Shown: positions 1 to 8,198 of the stretch, in pieces | Layout: each line of letters begins with the position of its first letter | Position numbering within the stretch: the stretch's first letter is position 1 | Assembly (NCBI GenBank): GCA_028711705.1 | Contig: JAQTRS010000003.1 | Coordinates: forward strand, 27,818 to 91,817 | Direction of reading: 5' to 3' | Origin: Candidatus Moraniibacteriota bacterium | Lineage (GTDB): Bacteria; Patescibacteriota; Minisyncoccia; Moranbacterales; UBA1568 | Length of the DNA stretch: 64,000 nucleotides | Notes under the pieces: model-generated | Database searches by the model: none | Told to the model about the DNA's origin: nothing | What the model saw: the letters and a program-made list of their open reading frames with translations, nothing else | Made by a program: the position numbers and the translations under genes

Positions 1-717
1 AATCTGCACGCCGTCGACCTCGAAAAAGATCTGATTGTCCTCGAAAGCCAGCTTCACCTCTTTGCTTTCCGGACTAATCACGCGGGACACTTCCGAAAAG
101 GTCGCGGCCGGGATGATGCATGACCCTTGCGGAAACGATGAGGCGACGCTTGCGACATTGGCGCTATCCAGAGCGATCGTCTCTTCCGCCAAACGGAAGC
201 TGTCCGTCGCCGCCAGACACATCGAATTGTCCGAAAAAATGATATTCACGCCGGTCAATTCCAAGCGGGCCTCGTTGAGCGCGACACACGGTAAGAGCTT
301 CGCGAGCGTGGCGCGGAGCGGTTGTGCCGGGATATTGAGGAATTGCGTACCGTGATGCTGCGGGATAAGCGGGAATTCCTGTGCGTCCAATCCCTTGATT
401 TTCACCTGGTAACCGCCGCTGGAAATCTTCAACGACTGCCCCTCCGACTCCAAAACAATGGTATCGCCCGAGGGGAGATTGCTGATAAAATTGCTCATTA
501 GCTTGGCAGGGATGGTGATACGTCCATCAGACTCGATCTTGGCGCCCACGCGAGCGATCACCCCGATTTCCAAATTGGTGGCGGAAAGCTTCAACCGTCC
601 ATTCTCGGTCTCGAGCAAGAAGTTTCCCAAAATAGGCAGTGTGCTCTGCCGCCCGACAGCCCGCTCAGCCGCCGCTATCGCCTTTCGCAAATTTTCTTGT
701 GTGCAGATCAATTTCAT
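1..717 (-). CDS. dnaN: DNA polymerase III beta sliding clamp, N-terminal part; C-terminus lies beyond the window start
   Basis: Reverse-complement translation from ~717 reads MKLICTQENLRKAIAAAERAVGRQSTLPILGNFLLETENGRLKLSATNLEIGV..., a typical beta-clamp N-terminus. It lies immediately downstream of dnaA on the same strand. Confidence 0.8.
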   Translation of the reverse strand, partial: MKLICTQENLRKAIAAAERAVGRQSTLPILGNFLLETENGRLKLSATNLEIGVIARVGAKIESDGRITIPAKLMSNFISNLPSGDTIVLESEGQSLKISSGGYQVKIKGLDAQEFPLIPQHHGTQFLNIPAQPLRATLAKLLPCVALNEARLELTGVNIIFSDNSMCLAATDSFRLAEETIALDSANVASVASSFPQGSCIIPAATFSEVSRVISPESKEVKLAFEDNQIFFEVDGVQI

Positions 718-745
718 ATCGATATTTTTAACGTGTAATTCTTCC

Positions 746-864
746 GTTGTTTATGAAAGATGATGGTTTTTTGGAGGCCTGCGAGCCGCGACGGCGCGAG
801 TACGAGGAATTTTTTAGCAAAAAAATATCCGTACTCCAAAAAACCATCATCTTTCATAAACAAC
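746..864. repeat. 31-bp perfect inverted repeat (GTTGTTTATGAAAGATGATGGTTTTTTGGAG and its exact reverse complement) around a 57-nt loop, in the dnaA-dnaN intergenic space
   Basis: Arms read directly at 746-776 and 834-864. The loop contains TTTTTTAGCAAAAAAA. Confidence 0.8.
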
Positions 865-873
865 ATCCCCCCT

Positions 874-2325
874 CTATTCTCTATACAGCTTTTCCTTCAG
901 ACTGGTGATTTCCTCCTTGAGCCGCAGATTCTCATCCAGATCCTCCTTGATCTTCTCGCAGGCATGCAAAACCGTCGTATGATCGCGCCCACCGAAATAC
1001 TTCCCGATGGCTGCAAACGAGGTCTGCAGTTCCGAACGCATGAGATACATCCCCACCTGCCTCGGGTGCACCACTTCCTTCTTGCGACCCTTGCGCGTCA
1101 GGTCATCCTCTTCGATATTATAGAACTCGGCGGTCATCTTCATGATGCGTTCCGGACTGACGACGCGTTTGGTGTTCGCGATGATATTACCCAGCGTCTT
1201 TTTGATATACGAGATGGTCGGCGTAATCTTGTGGAATTCGCAGGAGGCGATGATGCGATTAAGCGCCCCCTCAAGCTCGCGGATATTATTGGTGACATTC
1301 TCGGCGATGAAACGCACCGCTTCGTCATCGAGATAAAAATGTCTCTCGGCTGTCTTGATTTTCAAGATAGCCATGCGTGTCTCAAGATCCGGACGCCCGA
1401 TATCCGCGATCATCCCCCCTTGAAAACGCGACCGCAAACGGTCCTCCAGCGTCGGGATGGCCTGTGGAGGCCGGTCGCTACTGAGTACGATCTGCTTATT
1501 GGCCTGATACAGGGTATTGAAAATATGGAAGAATTCATCCTGCGTCTTTTCTCGTCCCGAAAGGAACTGGATATCATCGATAATCAGAAGATCCGCTTTC
1601 TGATACGCCTCCTTGAACTCCGCAACTTTCTGATTGCGAATCGACTCCACCAATTCCCCGGTAAACCAATCGGCTGTTGTATACTTGATGCGTATATTCG
1701 GTTGCTGCCTTAAGACTTCATTGCCAACAGATTGCAAAAGATGTGTCTTACCCAAACCCACGCCTCCGTAAATGAAAATCGGGTTGTAGAGTTGTCCCAA
1801 ATTTTGCGAGACGGCATAGCACGCAGCACGTGCCAGCTCATTGTTTTCACCCACGATGAAATTTTCAAACGTATAGCGCGGATTGAGCGCATGTTCTTGC
1901 TTCGCTTTCGGCATTGCCTGTAAAGGATGCGCTTGTGGCGGATAGTACGGCACGGATGCTCCGGGCGGATACGTCGGCGGCGGCTGCGATGAGGATTGCT
2001 GTTGCAAGGAAACTCCCTGCACCGATGAAAATCCGGTCTGGGTCTGGGTGAATTGTTGCCCCTGCGCCGCTTTTTGTTCCGGCGCATTGATGACGCAGGA
2101 AAATTCCGAGATATCGCTTTGCAGGTGCCGCAAAGACTGCAGGATATGCATATTCACCTTATTCTCAAGCCATTCCCTGGCAAAACCGCTCGGGACACCG
2201 ATAACCACACGCCCATCCTGATTGGAAACGATGGAAGTGTTTTTAAACCACGTATTGAATTCTCCTTTGGATATGGAAAGTTCCAATTCTCCCAAAACCG
2301 CTTTCCACAGCTCTTCGTTATTCAT
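874..2325 (-). CDS. dnaA: chromosomal replication initiator DnaA
   Basis: 483-aa ORF. N-terminus is MNNEELWKAVLGELELSISKGEFNTWF. Walker A is GGVGLGKTHL. The C-terminal DNA-binding domain (HTTVLHA) is present. DnaA boxes lie upstream. Confidence 0.95.
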   Translation of the reverse strand: MNNEELWKAVLGELELSISKGEFNTWFKNTSIVSNQDGRVVIGVPSGFAREWLENKVNMHILQSLRHLQSDISEFSCVINAPEQKAAQGQQFTQTQTGFSSVQGVSLQQQSSSQPPPTYPPGASVPYYPPQAHPLQAMPKAKQEHALNPRYTFENFIVGENNELARAACYAVSQNLGQLYNPIFIYGGVGLGKTHLLQSVGNEVLRQQPNIRIKYTTADWFTGELVESIRNQKVAEFKEAYQKADLLIIDDIQFLSGREKTQDEFFHIFNTLYQANKQIVLSSDRPPQAIPTLEDRLRSRFQGGMIADIGRPDLETRMAILKIKTAERHFYLDDEAVRFIAENVTNNIRELEGALNRIIASCEFHKITPTISYIKKTLGNIIANTKRVVSPERIMKMTAEFYNIEEDDLTRKGRKKEVVHPRQVGMYLMRSELQTSFAAIGKYFGGRDHTTVLHACEKIKEDLDENLRLKEEITSLKEKLYRE

Positions 2326-2392
2326 AAATTGAGCATTTTTTCCTTTAGTATATGGATTATATCATAGTGGAAAAACAAAGAATAGGGGTGTA

Positions 2393-2401
2393 TGTGGATA
2401 A
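2393..2401. promoter_or_regulatory. DnaA box TGTGGATAA (perfect consensus TTATCCACA on the other strand)
   Basis: Exact 9-mer between dnaA and rpmH. Confidence 0.7.
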
Positions 2402-2424
2402 CTTGTGCACAAGCTCATGCCTCT

Positions 2425-2433
2425 TGTGGATAA
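2425..2433. promoter_or_regulatory. DnaA box TGTGGATAA (second perfect copy, 32 bp from the first)
   Basis: Exact 9-mer. Two same-orientation boxes upstream of dnaA. Confidence 0.7.
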
Positions 2434-2562
2434 CTTGAAAGAATTTCCTTCGATTAGGTATAATTCCCGTCATGAACACAGGCGACGCATACCAGAGCAG
2501 CGCCCGATACGGCAGAGAACATCAGTCATGCAGACACCGAAAGGGAAGGCGCGCGAAGTTTT

Positions 2563-2598
2563 ATTTGACTTTTTTGGCTTTATTGGTATACTGAGTAC
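2563..2598 (+). promoter_or_regulatory. sigma70-like promoter for rpmH (TTGACT, ~17 nt spacer, TATACT)
   Basis: The sequence reads tttgacttttttggctttattggtatactgag, about 35 nt upstream of the rpmH ATG. Confidence 0.5.
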
Positions 2599-2632
2599 TA
2601 CATTGTTAAATAGCGTATAACCCTCATTTTTT

Positions 2633-2770
2633 ATGCCGAAGAGAACGTTTCAGCCAAAGAGCCTTAAGCGAAAGAAGCAGCACGGCTTCCGTGAGCGCAT
2701 GTCCACCAAAAACGGGCAGAACATCATCAAAAGCCGCCGCGCTCAGGGACGCAAGAAACTCACCGCTTAG
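2633..2770 (+). CDS. rpmH: 50S ribosomal protein L34
   Basis: Translation is [45 protein letters not shown], a textbook L34. Its position (rpmH-rnpA) supports the call. It is too short for the ORF track. Confidence 0.9.
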   Translation: MPKRTFQPKSLKRKKQHGFRERMSTKNGQNIIKSRRAQGRKKLTA

Positions 2771-2785
2771 TTTTCTCTCACTGCC

Positions 2786-3136
2786 ATGCTGCCAGCATCC
2801 TCTCGATTGTCGCACAAAAAGGCTTTCGCCATAGTGTTCAAAGAAGGACAGTACGCGGCACACGGCGCTCTTTCCATCAAATGGCGATCAACCCACCCCT
2901 CGCAGACCAGGGTGGGTTTTATTGCGAACAAGAAAAACTTCACAAAAGCGCGCGCGCGCAATCGCGCCAAGCGGCTTCTGCGCGAAGCTACGCGCCCTCT
3001 GCTCTTTCAATTACGGCCCGGTTTTGATATCATTATCTTGTATCGCTACAAACCGGAGCAACTTGACCTTGATACGGTAGCAGGCATGCTCCGGATGCTT
3101 TTGGAAAAAAATAATCTCTTACAAAAAATCTCATGA
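2786..3136 (+). CDS. rnpA: ribonuclease P protein component
   Basis: 116 aa, basic, with an RNR-like motif (RARNRAKRLLREA). Located downstream of rpmH. Confidence 0.85.
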   Translation: MLPASSRLSHKKAFAIVFKEGQYAAHGALSIKWRSTHPSQTRVGFIANKKNFTKARARNRAKRLLREATRPLLFQLRPGFDIIILYRYKPEQLDLDTVAGMLRMLLEKNNLLQKIS

Positions 3137-3864
3137 TGGCTTTTTTTGATACCCTTGTCTATAACCCTATCTATAATGTCCTGATCTTCCTCTACAACAC
3201 CGTTCCGGGGCAGGATTTCGGTATCGCCATCATCCTCACCACACTCGTCCTGAAGTTCATACTTTTGCCGCTCTCCAAGCAACAGATCGAATCCCAAAAG
3301 AAGATGCAGGAACTCCAGCCGAAAATCAAGGATCTGCAACAAAAATACAAAGATGACAAAGAAAAGCAGACCCGCGCTGTCATGGAGTTCTACAAAGAAA
3401 ACAAAGTCAATCCTCTTGCGGGCTGCCTCCCGCTCATCGTGCAGTTAACCTTTCTTATCGCTATCTACCGCGTCCTTATCAATGTCTCCACAGCTGGACT
3501 TCTGGTAGAAGATATCAATCTCTATTCATTCGTCGCCAACCCCGGACAAATCAACCATCTCTTCATCAGCATCGTCGATCTTACCAAACCGAATTACCTC
3601 TTCGCGGTATTGGCCGCTGCCGCCCAGTATTATCAGACGAAAATCATGATAGCCCGCCAACCTAAGGCCGAACAAAAAGAAGGTGAGGCACCGGATTTCG
3701 CAACCATCATGACCAAGCAGATGCTTGTCATCGGACCACTCCTCACATTGTTCATCGGTTTCACATTTCCTGCAGGACTCTCGCTCTACTGGCTCATTTC
3801 CACCCTGTTTATGATCGTACAGCAAGAATATATTTTAAAGACGGCTCATCCGGTTAAGAACTAA
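3133..3864 (+). CDS. yidC: membrane protein insertase YidC/Oxa1 (short form)
   Basis: 243-aa polytopic protein. Contains the charged loop QKKMQELQPKIKDLQQKY and a C-terminal LSLYW-type motif. Conserved rnpA-yidC-jag order. Confidence 0.85.
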   Translation: MMAFFDTLVYNPIYNVLIFLYNTVPGQDFGIAIILTTLVLKFILLPLSKQQIESQKKMQELQPKIKDLQQKYKDDKEKQTRAVMEFYKENKVNPLAGCLPLIVQLTFLIAIYRVLINVSTAGLLVEDINLYSFVANPGQINHLFISIVDLTKPNYLFAVLAAAAQYYQTKIMIARQPKAEQKEGEAPDFATIMTKQMLVIGPLLTLFIGFTFPAGLSLYWLISTLFMIVQQEYILKTAHPVKN

Positions 3865-3874
3865 GCACAATACT

Positions 3875-4351
3875 ATGGATATCACTAAAGCAACCCGCAT
3901 ACAGGAAATGACTCAGGCCGTCGTCGAGCACATGGGATTTCATACGCAGGTTACCCTGCGGGAGCCGGTGTGCGAAGGACAAGGGGATTTCATCTGCAAT
4001 ATCCGCGTCGAGGGGGATTCCAATCTTTTGATCGGCCAGCACGGGGTCAACCTCCAAGCTCTCCAGCATCTCATTAGGCTGCTTGCCAAGAAAGAGTTCC
4101 AAGAAAACATCGTCTTTTCTCTGGATGTCAACTCATACTGGGAACAAAAGAGTCAGGCGCTCGTCAAAGAAGCCCATCAAGCGGCACAGACAGCCATCCA
4201 AACCAATGCCGCCGTTACCTTACGACCGATGGCCGGCTATGAACGGAAAATCATCCATGCCGAGCTCGCGCTCATCAAAGAAGTGGCCACCGAAAGCACC
4301 GGGGCCAATGAGAATCGCAAGGTGATCGTCAAACCGGCCATCGCCGCCTAA
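3875..4351 (+). CDS. jag: Jag/KhpB-like RNA-binding protein (KH + R3H domains)
   Basis: 158 aa. C-terminal R3H-like segment is AGYERKIIHAELALIKEV. Follows yidC as in most bacteria. Confidence 0.75.
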   Translation: MDITKATRIQEMTQAVVEHMGFHTQVTLREPVCEGQGDFICNIRVEGDSNLLIGQHGVNLQALQHLIRLLAKKEFQENIVFSLDVNSYWEQKSQALVKEAHQAAQTAIQTNAAVTLRPMAGYERKIIHAELALIKEVATESTGANENRKVIVKPAIAA

Positions 4352-4365
4352 AGCGCTTTCTTTCT

Positions 4366-4406
4366 GAAGGAATCCTTGATACAATACCGGTACCAAGGAT
4401 TTTTTC
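4366..4406 (+). terminator. rho-independent terminator after jag (stem AATCCTTG/CAAGGATT followed by TTTT)
   Basis: Hairpin plus T-run read directly. Confidence 0.6.
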
Positions 4407-4427
4407 ATTTCCACATCGGTCTCACGG

Positions 4428-4543
4428 GGTTTTAGAATTCGAGTGCAGTTCTAGGCGCAATCGAGGAGCGGAGTAAGACGTACACGGGGTACGTCGTCGA
4501 GCACCGGAGCTTGCAACGACGAAATGTGCCGAATTCTAAAACC
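4428..4543. repeat. structured element: 14-bp perfect inverted repeat GGTTTTAGAATTCG / CGAATTCTAAAACC around ~88 nt of GC-rich sequence, ending 12 nt before the flippase start codon
   Basis: Arms read directly. The interior contains CACGGGGT twice and CGTCGT/ACGACG pairing. Confidence 0.6.
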
Positions 4544-4554
4544 TCTATCACTCT

Positions 4555-6003
4555 ATGGCACTTGCCGGAAGAATCGCCTATAATGTCGTCTTCAATGCTG
4601 TCGCGAAAGTCATCTCGACGGCTTTGGCGTTGGTAGCTATCGGATTTATCACACGTTATCTGGGTAAGGATGGTTTCGGCAACTATGCCACCATGCTCGC
4701 GTTTTTCGCGTTTTTCAACGCCATAGGAGACCTTGGCCTCCAATCGGTCACGGCCCGAGAAATATCGCGCGAAGGAGCCAAAGAGAGTCATATCATGAGC
4801 AATGTGCTGACACTGCGTCTTGCCATTTCTTTGCTTATCCTCGTCCTCACGCCAGCTCTTGCCTTCTTTCTCCCCTACTCGGTCGATCTTAAATTCGCCA
4901 TTATCGTCGCAGCCCTCGCCTTCGTTTTCTCCTCTGTTTCCATGACCCTCAACGGTATCTTCCAAAAGCACCTGGCCATGGATAAAGTGGCCACTATCGA
5001 ACTTGGCGGCAAGCTCGTGCAGCTTAGCATCATCATCATCGCCGTACAAAAGGATCTCGGCTTCATGACCATCGCGCTCGCCCTCCTGAGTTACATGATG
5101 TTCAATGCGCTCGCCGTTTTCTTCATAAGCCGCAACTATTTTTCCTTTTCCTTCCAGTGCGACTGGGCATACTGGAAAGGATTCCTCAAGCAGTCCATCC
5201 CGCTCGGCATCGCCTCCGTCATCGGTTTCGCGTACTTCAAGGCCGACACCATCATGCTCTCGTTTCTGAAATCCAGCGCCGATGTCGGTATCTATAATGT
5301 CGCCTACAAGGTTATCGAGAACCTCATCTTCTTTCCTGCCATGGTCGCCGGACTCGTTTTGCCGCTCCTCTCCCGTTTCATCTTCACGGAACGCGCTAAG
5401 TTCGACCTCATCGCCAACAAGACTTTCAAGGTCTTTCTTGTACTCGTCGTGCCGCTCGTCATCGGGGTATTTTCCTTGGCACCGCAAATCGTGGGTATCA
5501 TCGGAGGGGCCGGATTTCCCGAATCGGCCGCTATCTTGCGCACCCTTATTTTCTCCCTCGCCTTCATTTTCTTCGGTCAATTCTTCAATACCATCGTGGT
5601 GGTCAGTAACCTCCAAGGCAAGCTCATGAACGCCTTCATCCTCGCGGCCATCATCAACATCTCGCTCAACCTACTGCTCATCCCCCGGTATTCCTACACA
5701 GGAGCTGCCTTCACCTCCGTCCTGACAGAAATGGTCGTCGTCGCCTGCTCGTTCCTGATCGTCTACAGACACACGCATTATCGGCCGACCATCACTAATT
5801 TGTGGTCCATTGCCCTCTCCGGGGCGCTTATGGGACTCTACCTATGGTTTTTCTCATCCCTTCACCTTGCCCTCCTCATCCTCGGCAGCATCGCCATCTA
5901 CCTTAGCTCGCTGTGGATGACCGACGCCATCGAAAAAGAGGAAATCCTCCAAGTCCTTGCCGGCTCAAAATTCGCCCGAAACAACGGTGCCATCGTTGAA
6001 TAA
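4555..6003 (+). CDS. polysaccharide biosynthesis / Wzx-like flippase (MOP superfamily) membrane protein
   Basis: 482 aa with ~12-14 predicted TM segments and a typical flippase N-terminus. Sits with glycosyltransferases and ligase-like genes. Confidence 0.7.
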   Translation: MALAGRIAYNVVFNAVAKVISTALALVAIGFITRYLGKDGFGNYATMLAFFAFFNAIGDLGLQSVTAREISREGAKESHIMSNVLTLRLAISLLILVLTPALAFFLPYSVDLKFAIIVAALAFVFSSVSMTLNGIFQKHLAMDKVATIELGGKLVQLSIIIIAVQKDLGFMTIALALLSYMMFNALAVFFISRNYFSFSFQCDWAYWKGFLKQSIPLGIASVIGFAYFKADTIMLSFLKSSADVGIYNVAYKVIENLIFFPAMVAGLVLPLLSRFIFTERAKFDLIANKTFKVFLVLVVPLVIGVFSLAPQIVGIIGGAGFPESAAILRTLIFSLAFIFFGQFFNTIVVVSNLQGKLMNAFILAAIINISLNLLLIPRYSYTGAAFTSVLTEMVVVACSFLIVYRHTHYRPTITNLWSIALSGALMGLYLWFFSSLHLALLILGSIAIYLSSLWMTDAIEKEEILQVLAGSKFARNNGAIVE

Positions 6004-6013
6004 TAATCAAGTT

Positions 6014-6454
6014 ATGCCTCTGGATTTCTTTTCGAAAACACCTGTGTCAAACGCCCTGCCAGATGGGATGCGCCACATTATAGATGAGCTTAAACAGTCA
6101 GCCTCTCAAGAGGAGTGTTTGAAAAAGGCATACGTGATTCTCACGAAAAAATACCACGGCGAACGAATAAGGACATATAGAAACCTGTTCGATATTTTCA
6201 AACGAGACTTGGACACGCTTTGGAATAAGAGTGGCTTCCTTCATTGCACCAACATCAACTACCTTCTACGGACACTTCTTGTGCAAAGCGCATTTTTCAC
6301 TGAAGATGACATCCGCTTGAAATGGACGCTTGTCTGGTATGTCTCGCCGCATCAATACCTGCAAGTGCTGGTCGGGTCCGAATGGATCAATGTCGACATC
6401 TGGGCACATGCCTATGGTATCGGTTTCGGCGATAATGCATGCGGATTCCACTGA
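6014..6454 (+). CDS. hypothetical protein, possibly transglutaminase-like cysteine-peptidase fold (Cys-His-Asp candidates)
   Basis: ORF followed by a clean terminator. Candidate triad is GFLHCTN, YVSPHQ and NVDIW. The start was moved to the ATG at 6014, after the flippase stop. Confidence 0.4.
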   Translation: MPLDFFSKTPVSNALPDGMRHIIDELKQSASQEECLKKAYVILTKKYHGERIRTYRNLFDIFKRDLDTLWNKSGFLHCTNINYLLRTLLVQSAFFTEDDIRLKWTLVWYVSPHQYLQVLVGSEWINVDIWAHAYGIGFGDNACGFH

Positions 6455-6471
6455 GTCGCTTACACACTTTT

Positions 6472-6499
6472 GGCCGCAGACACACCCTGCGGCCTTTTT
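6472..6499 (+). terminator. rho-independent terminator (GGCCGCAG-loop-TGCGGCC, then TTTTT)
   Basis: Read directly. Confidence 0.65.
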
Positions 6500-6552
6500 G
6501 CATCCATCCTGAAATGCTATACTGAAGATATTATCCAACAGTCTGCTTTTTT

Positions 6553-7407
6553 ATGCATCAACCCAAAGTTTTCATTCTCATCCTCAATTACAACGGCAAA
6601 GCGACGCTCAAACAATGTCTCCAATCCATCTACCAGCTCAACTATCCCGATTTCGAGGTCGTGGTGATCGATAACGATTCCAAAGACGGATCACTCGAGA
6701 AAATCAAACATGCCTATTCTCGCGCACACTTCATCAAAAACGACGCCAATCTCGGCTTTGCGGCCGGCAATAATGTCGGTATCCGTTTTGCACTCGAGAA
6801 AGGCGCCGACTATGTCTGGCTCGTCAACAACGACGCGAAAGTCGAGAAAGACTCGCTTGCAAAACTCATCGATGCCGGCGAGCAGCGCCCCAAGGCAGGC
6901 ATCCTCAGTCCGCTCATCCTTCACACCGAAACGAAGAATATCTGGTTCGGCAAAGGCATCATCGATTGGGTATCCATGAAAACCCTTCACATCAGCCCGC
7001 CCACGCTCCTACAATCCTTCACTTCGGAATATATCTGCGGCTGCGCCATGCTCATCAAAAAAGACGTCTTCAAAAAAATCGGCCTCCTCAGCGAGAAGTA
7101 CTTCCTTTACTACGAGGATGCCGACTTCAGCGTCAAGGCATCACGCGCCGGCTTCGAACTCTGGACCATACCCACCGCCCATGTCCTTCACGCCGAGGCT
7201 TCCGAAAACAATCCCGAAAAAACCTATTGGCTGGTCATTTCCGGCTTACAATTCTTTCACGAAAACACCCCTTCCCACCTCAAGCCATGGGTCGCCCTCT
7301 ATTTCCAAGCCCGCCGCATCAAAAATTATTTCGACTGCGCTTCTGGGAAAAACCCCATCGCCAAAGAAGTAGCCCGCGCCTATCGGGATTATCTTGCGCA
7401 TGTATGA
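6553..7407 (+). CDS. family 2 glycosyltransferase
   Basis: Residues ILNYNGKATLKQCLQSI...VVVIDNDSKDGS...NLGFAAGNNVG...YYEDADFS match a GT2 (DXD and ED motifs). Confidence 0.85.
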   Translation: MHQPKVFILILNYNGKATLKQCLQSIYQLNYPDFEVVVIDNDSKDGSLEKIKHAYSRAHFIKNDANLGFAAGNNVGIRFALEKGADYVWLVNNDAKVEKDSLAKLIDAGEQRPKAGILSPLILHTETKNIWFGKGIIDWVSMKTLHISPPTLLQSFTSEYICGCAMLIKKDVFKKIGLLSEKYFLYYEDADFSVKASRAGFELWTIPTAHVLHAEASENNPEKTYWLVISGLQFFHENTPSHLKPWVALYFQARRIKNYFDCASGKNPIAKEVARAYRDYLAHV

Positions 7408-8195
7408 ATTCCCTCTTTTCCTTCATCGTCATCAATTTCAAGAGCGCTCACTTGCTTTCTGATTGGTTCGCATCGCTTTCCAAAACCGGACTTTCTTCCA
7501 ATGAATATGAAATCATCATCGTCAATAACGACTTGAGCGAAGCAGAAAAACTTGACACACTCAATCAACAACACCAATTCAAACTCATCCATGCAAAAAG
7601 CAATATCGGTTTCGGGGCGGCCTGCAACCTCGGGGCAACCGTCGCTACCGGTGAAATACTCGGATTCATCAATCCCGACACGGAATTCCTCAGCGGCGAC
7701 CTGCACCTACTCTATGATCGATTCCTCAACAACTCTTCATTGGGCATCATCGGCCTCAAACTTCTCACCCAGCAAGGCTTGGTTCAAGAGTGGAGTGTCG
7801 GAACACGGATCACTCTCTGGGACATCATCAACAACAACCTCGGATTCCCGAAAAGCAAGCTGCTTTGGGAGAGTCAAAAACCGATTGGGGTTGATTGGGT
7901 CAGCGGCGCCTCACTTTTCATACCAAAAACACTATTTCAAGAAGTCAACGGCTTCGACGAAGATTTTTTCCTCTACTTCGAAGATACCGATCTCTGTGAA
8001 CGCGTTCGATTGGAAGGAAAATCCATCCTCTATTTCCCGCCCATCTCCCTTCAACACCTCTGTGGTCACAGCGCCCCGTCACATAAGCAGCAAAAAGAAT
8101 ATTTTTACACTTCCCAAGACATCTACTTCGCCAAACACCGTCCGAAATGGGAAGGTTGGTGCGTAAAGATATTGAGAAGAATTTTTTTCCTCTAG
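7404..8195 (+). CDS. family 2 glycosyltransferase (second copy)
   Basis: Residues FSFIVINFKSAHLL...IIIVNND...NIGFGAACNLG...YFEDTDLC. Start is set at an ATG overlapping the upstream stop (ATGA). The long N-terminal extension in the track (6966..) is rejected. Confidence 0.8.
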   Translation: MNSLFSFIVINFKSAHLLSDWFASLSKTGLSSNEYEIIIVNNDLSEAEKLDTLNQQHQFKLIHAKSNIGFGAACNLGATVATGEILGFINPDTEFLSGDLHLLYDRFLNNSSLGIIGLKLLTQQGLVQEWSVGTRITLWDIINNNLGFPKSKLLWESQKPIGVDWVSGASLFIPKTLFQEVNGFDEDFFLYFEDTDLCERVRLEGKSILYFPPISLQHLCGHSAPSHKQQKEYFYTSQDIYFAKHRPKWEGWCVKILRRIFFL

Positions 8196-8198
8196 ATT

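Noticed and set aside
458-1713. Plus-strand ORFs 458..763 and 760..1713
   Set aside because: They are antisense to dnaN and dnaA and read through the 31-bp inverted repeat, so they are spurious.
4432-5616. 394-aa minus-strand ORF, extremely acidic (E/D/G-rich)
   Set aside because: It lies entirely antisense to the Wzx-like flippase gene. It is a shadow ORF, typical of reading a hydrophobic-codon gene backwards.
6966-7403. Long N-terminal extension of the second GT2 ORF
   Set aside because: It overlaps the first GT2 in another frame. The internal ATG at 7404 gives a normal-length GT2 with ATGA start/stop coupling.
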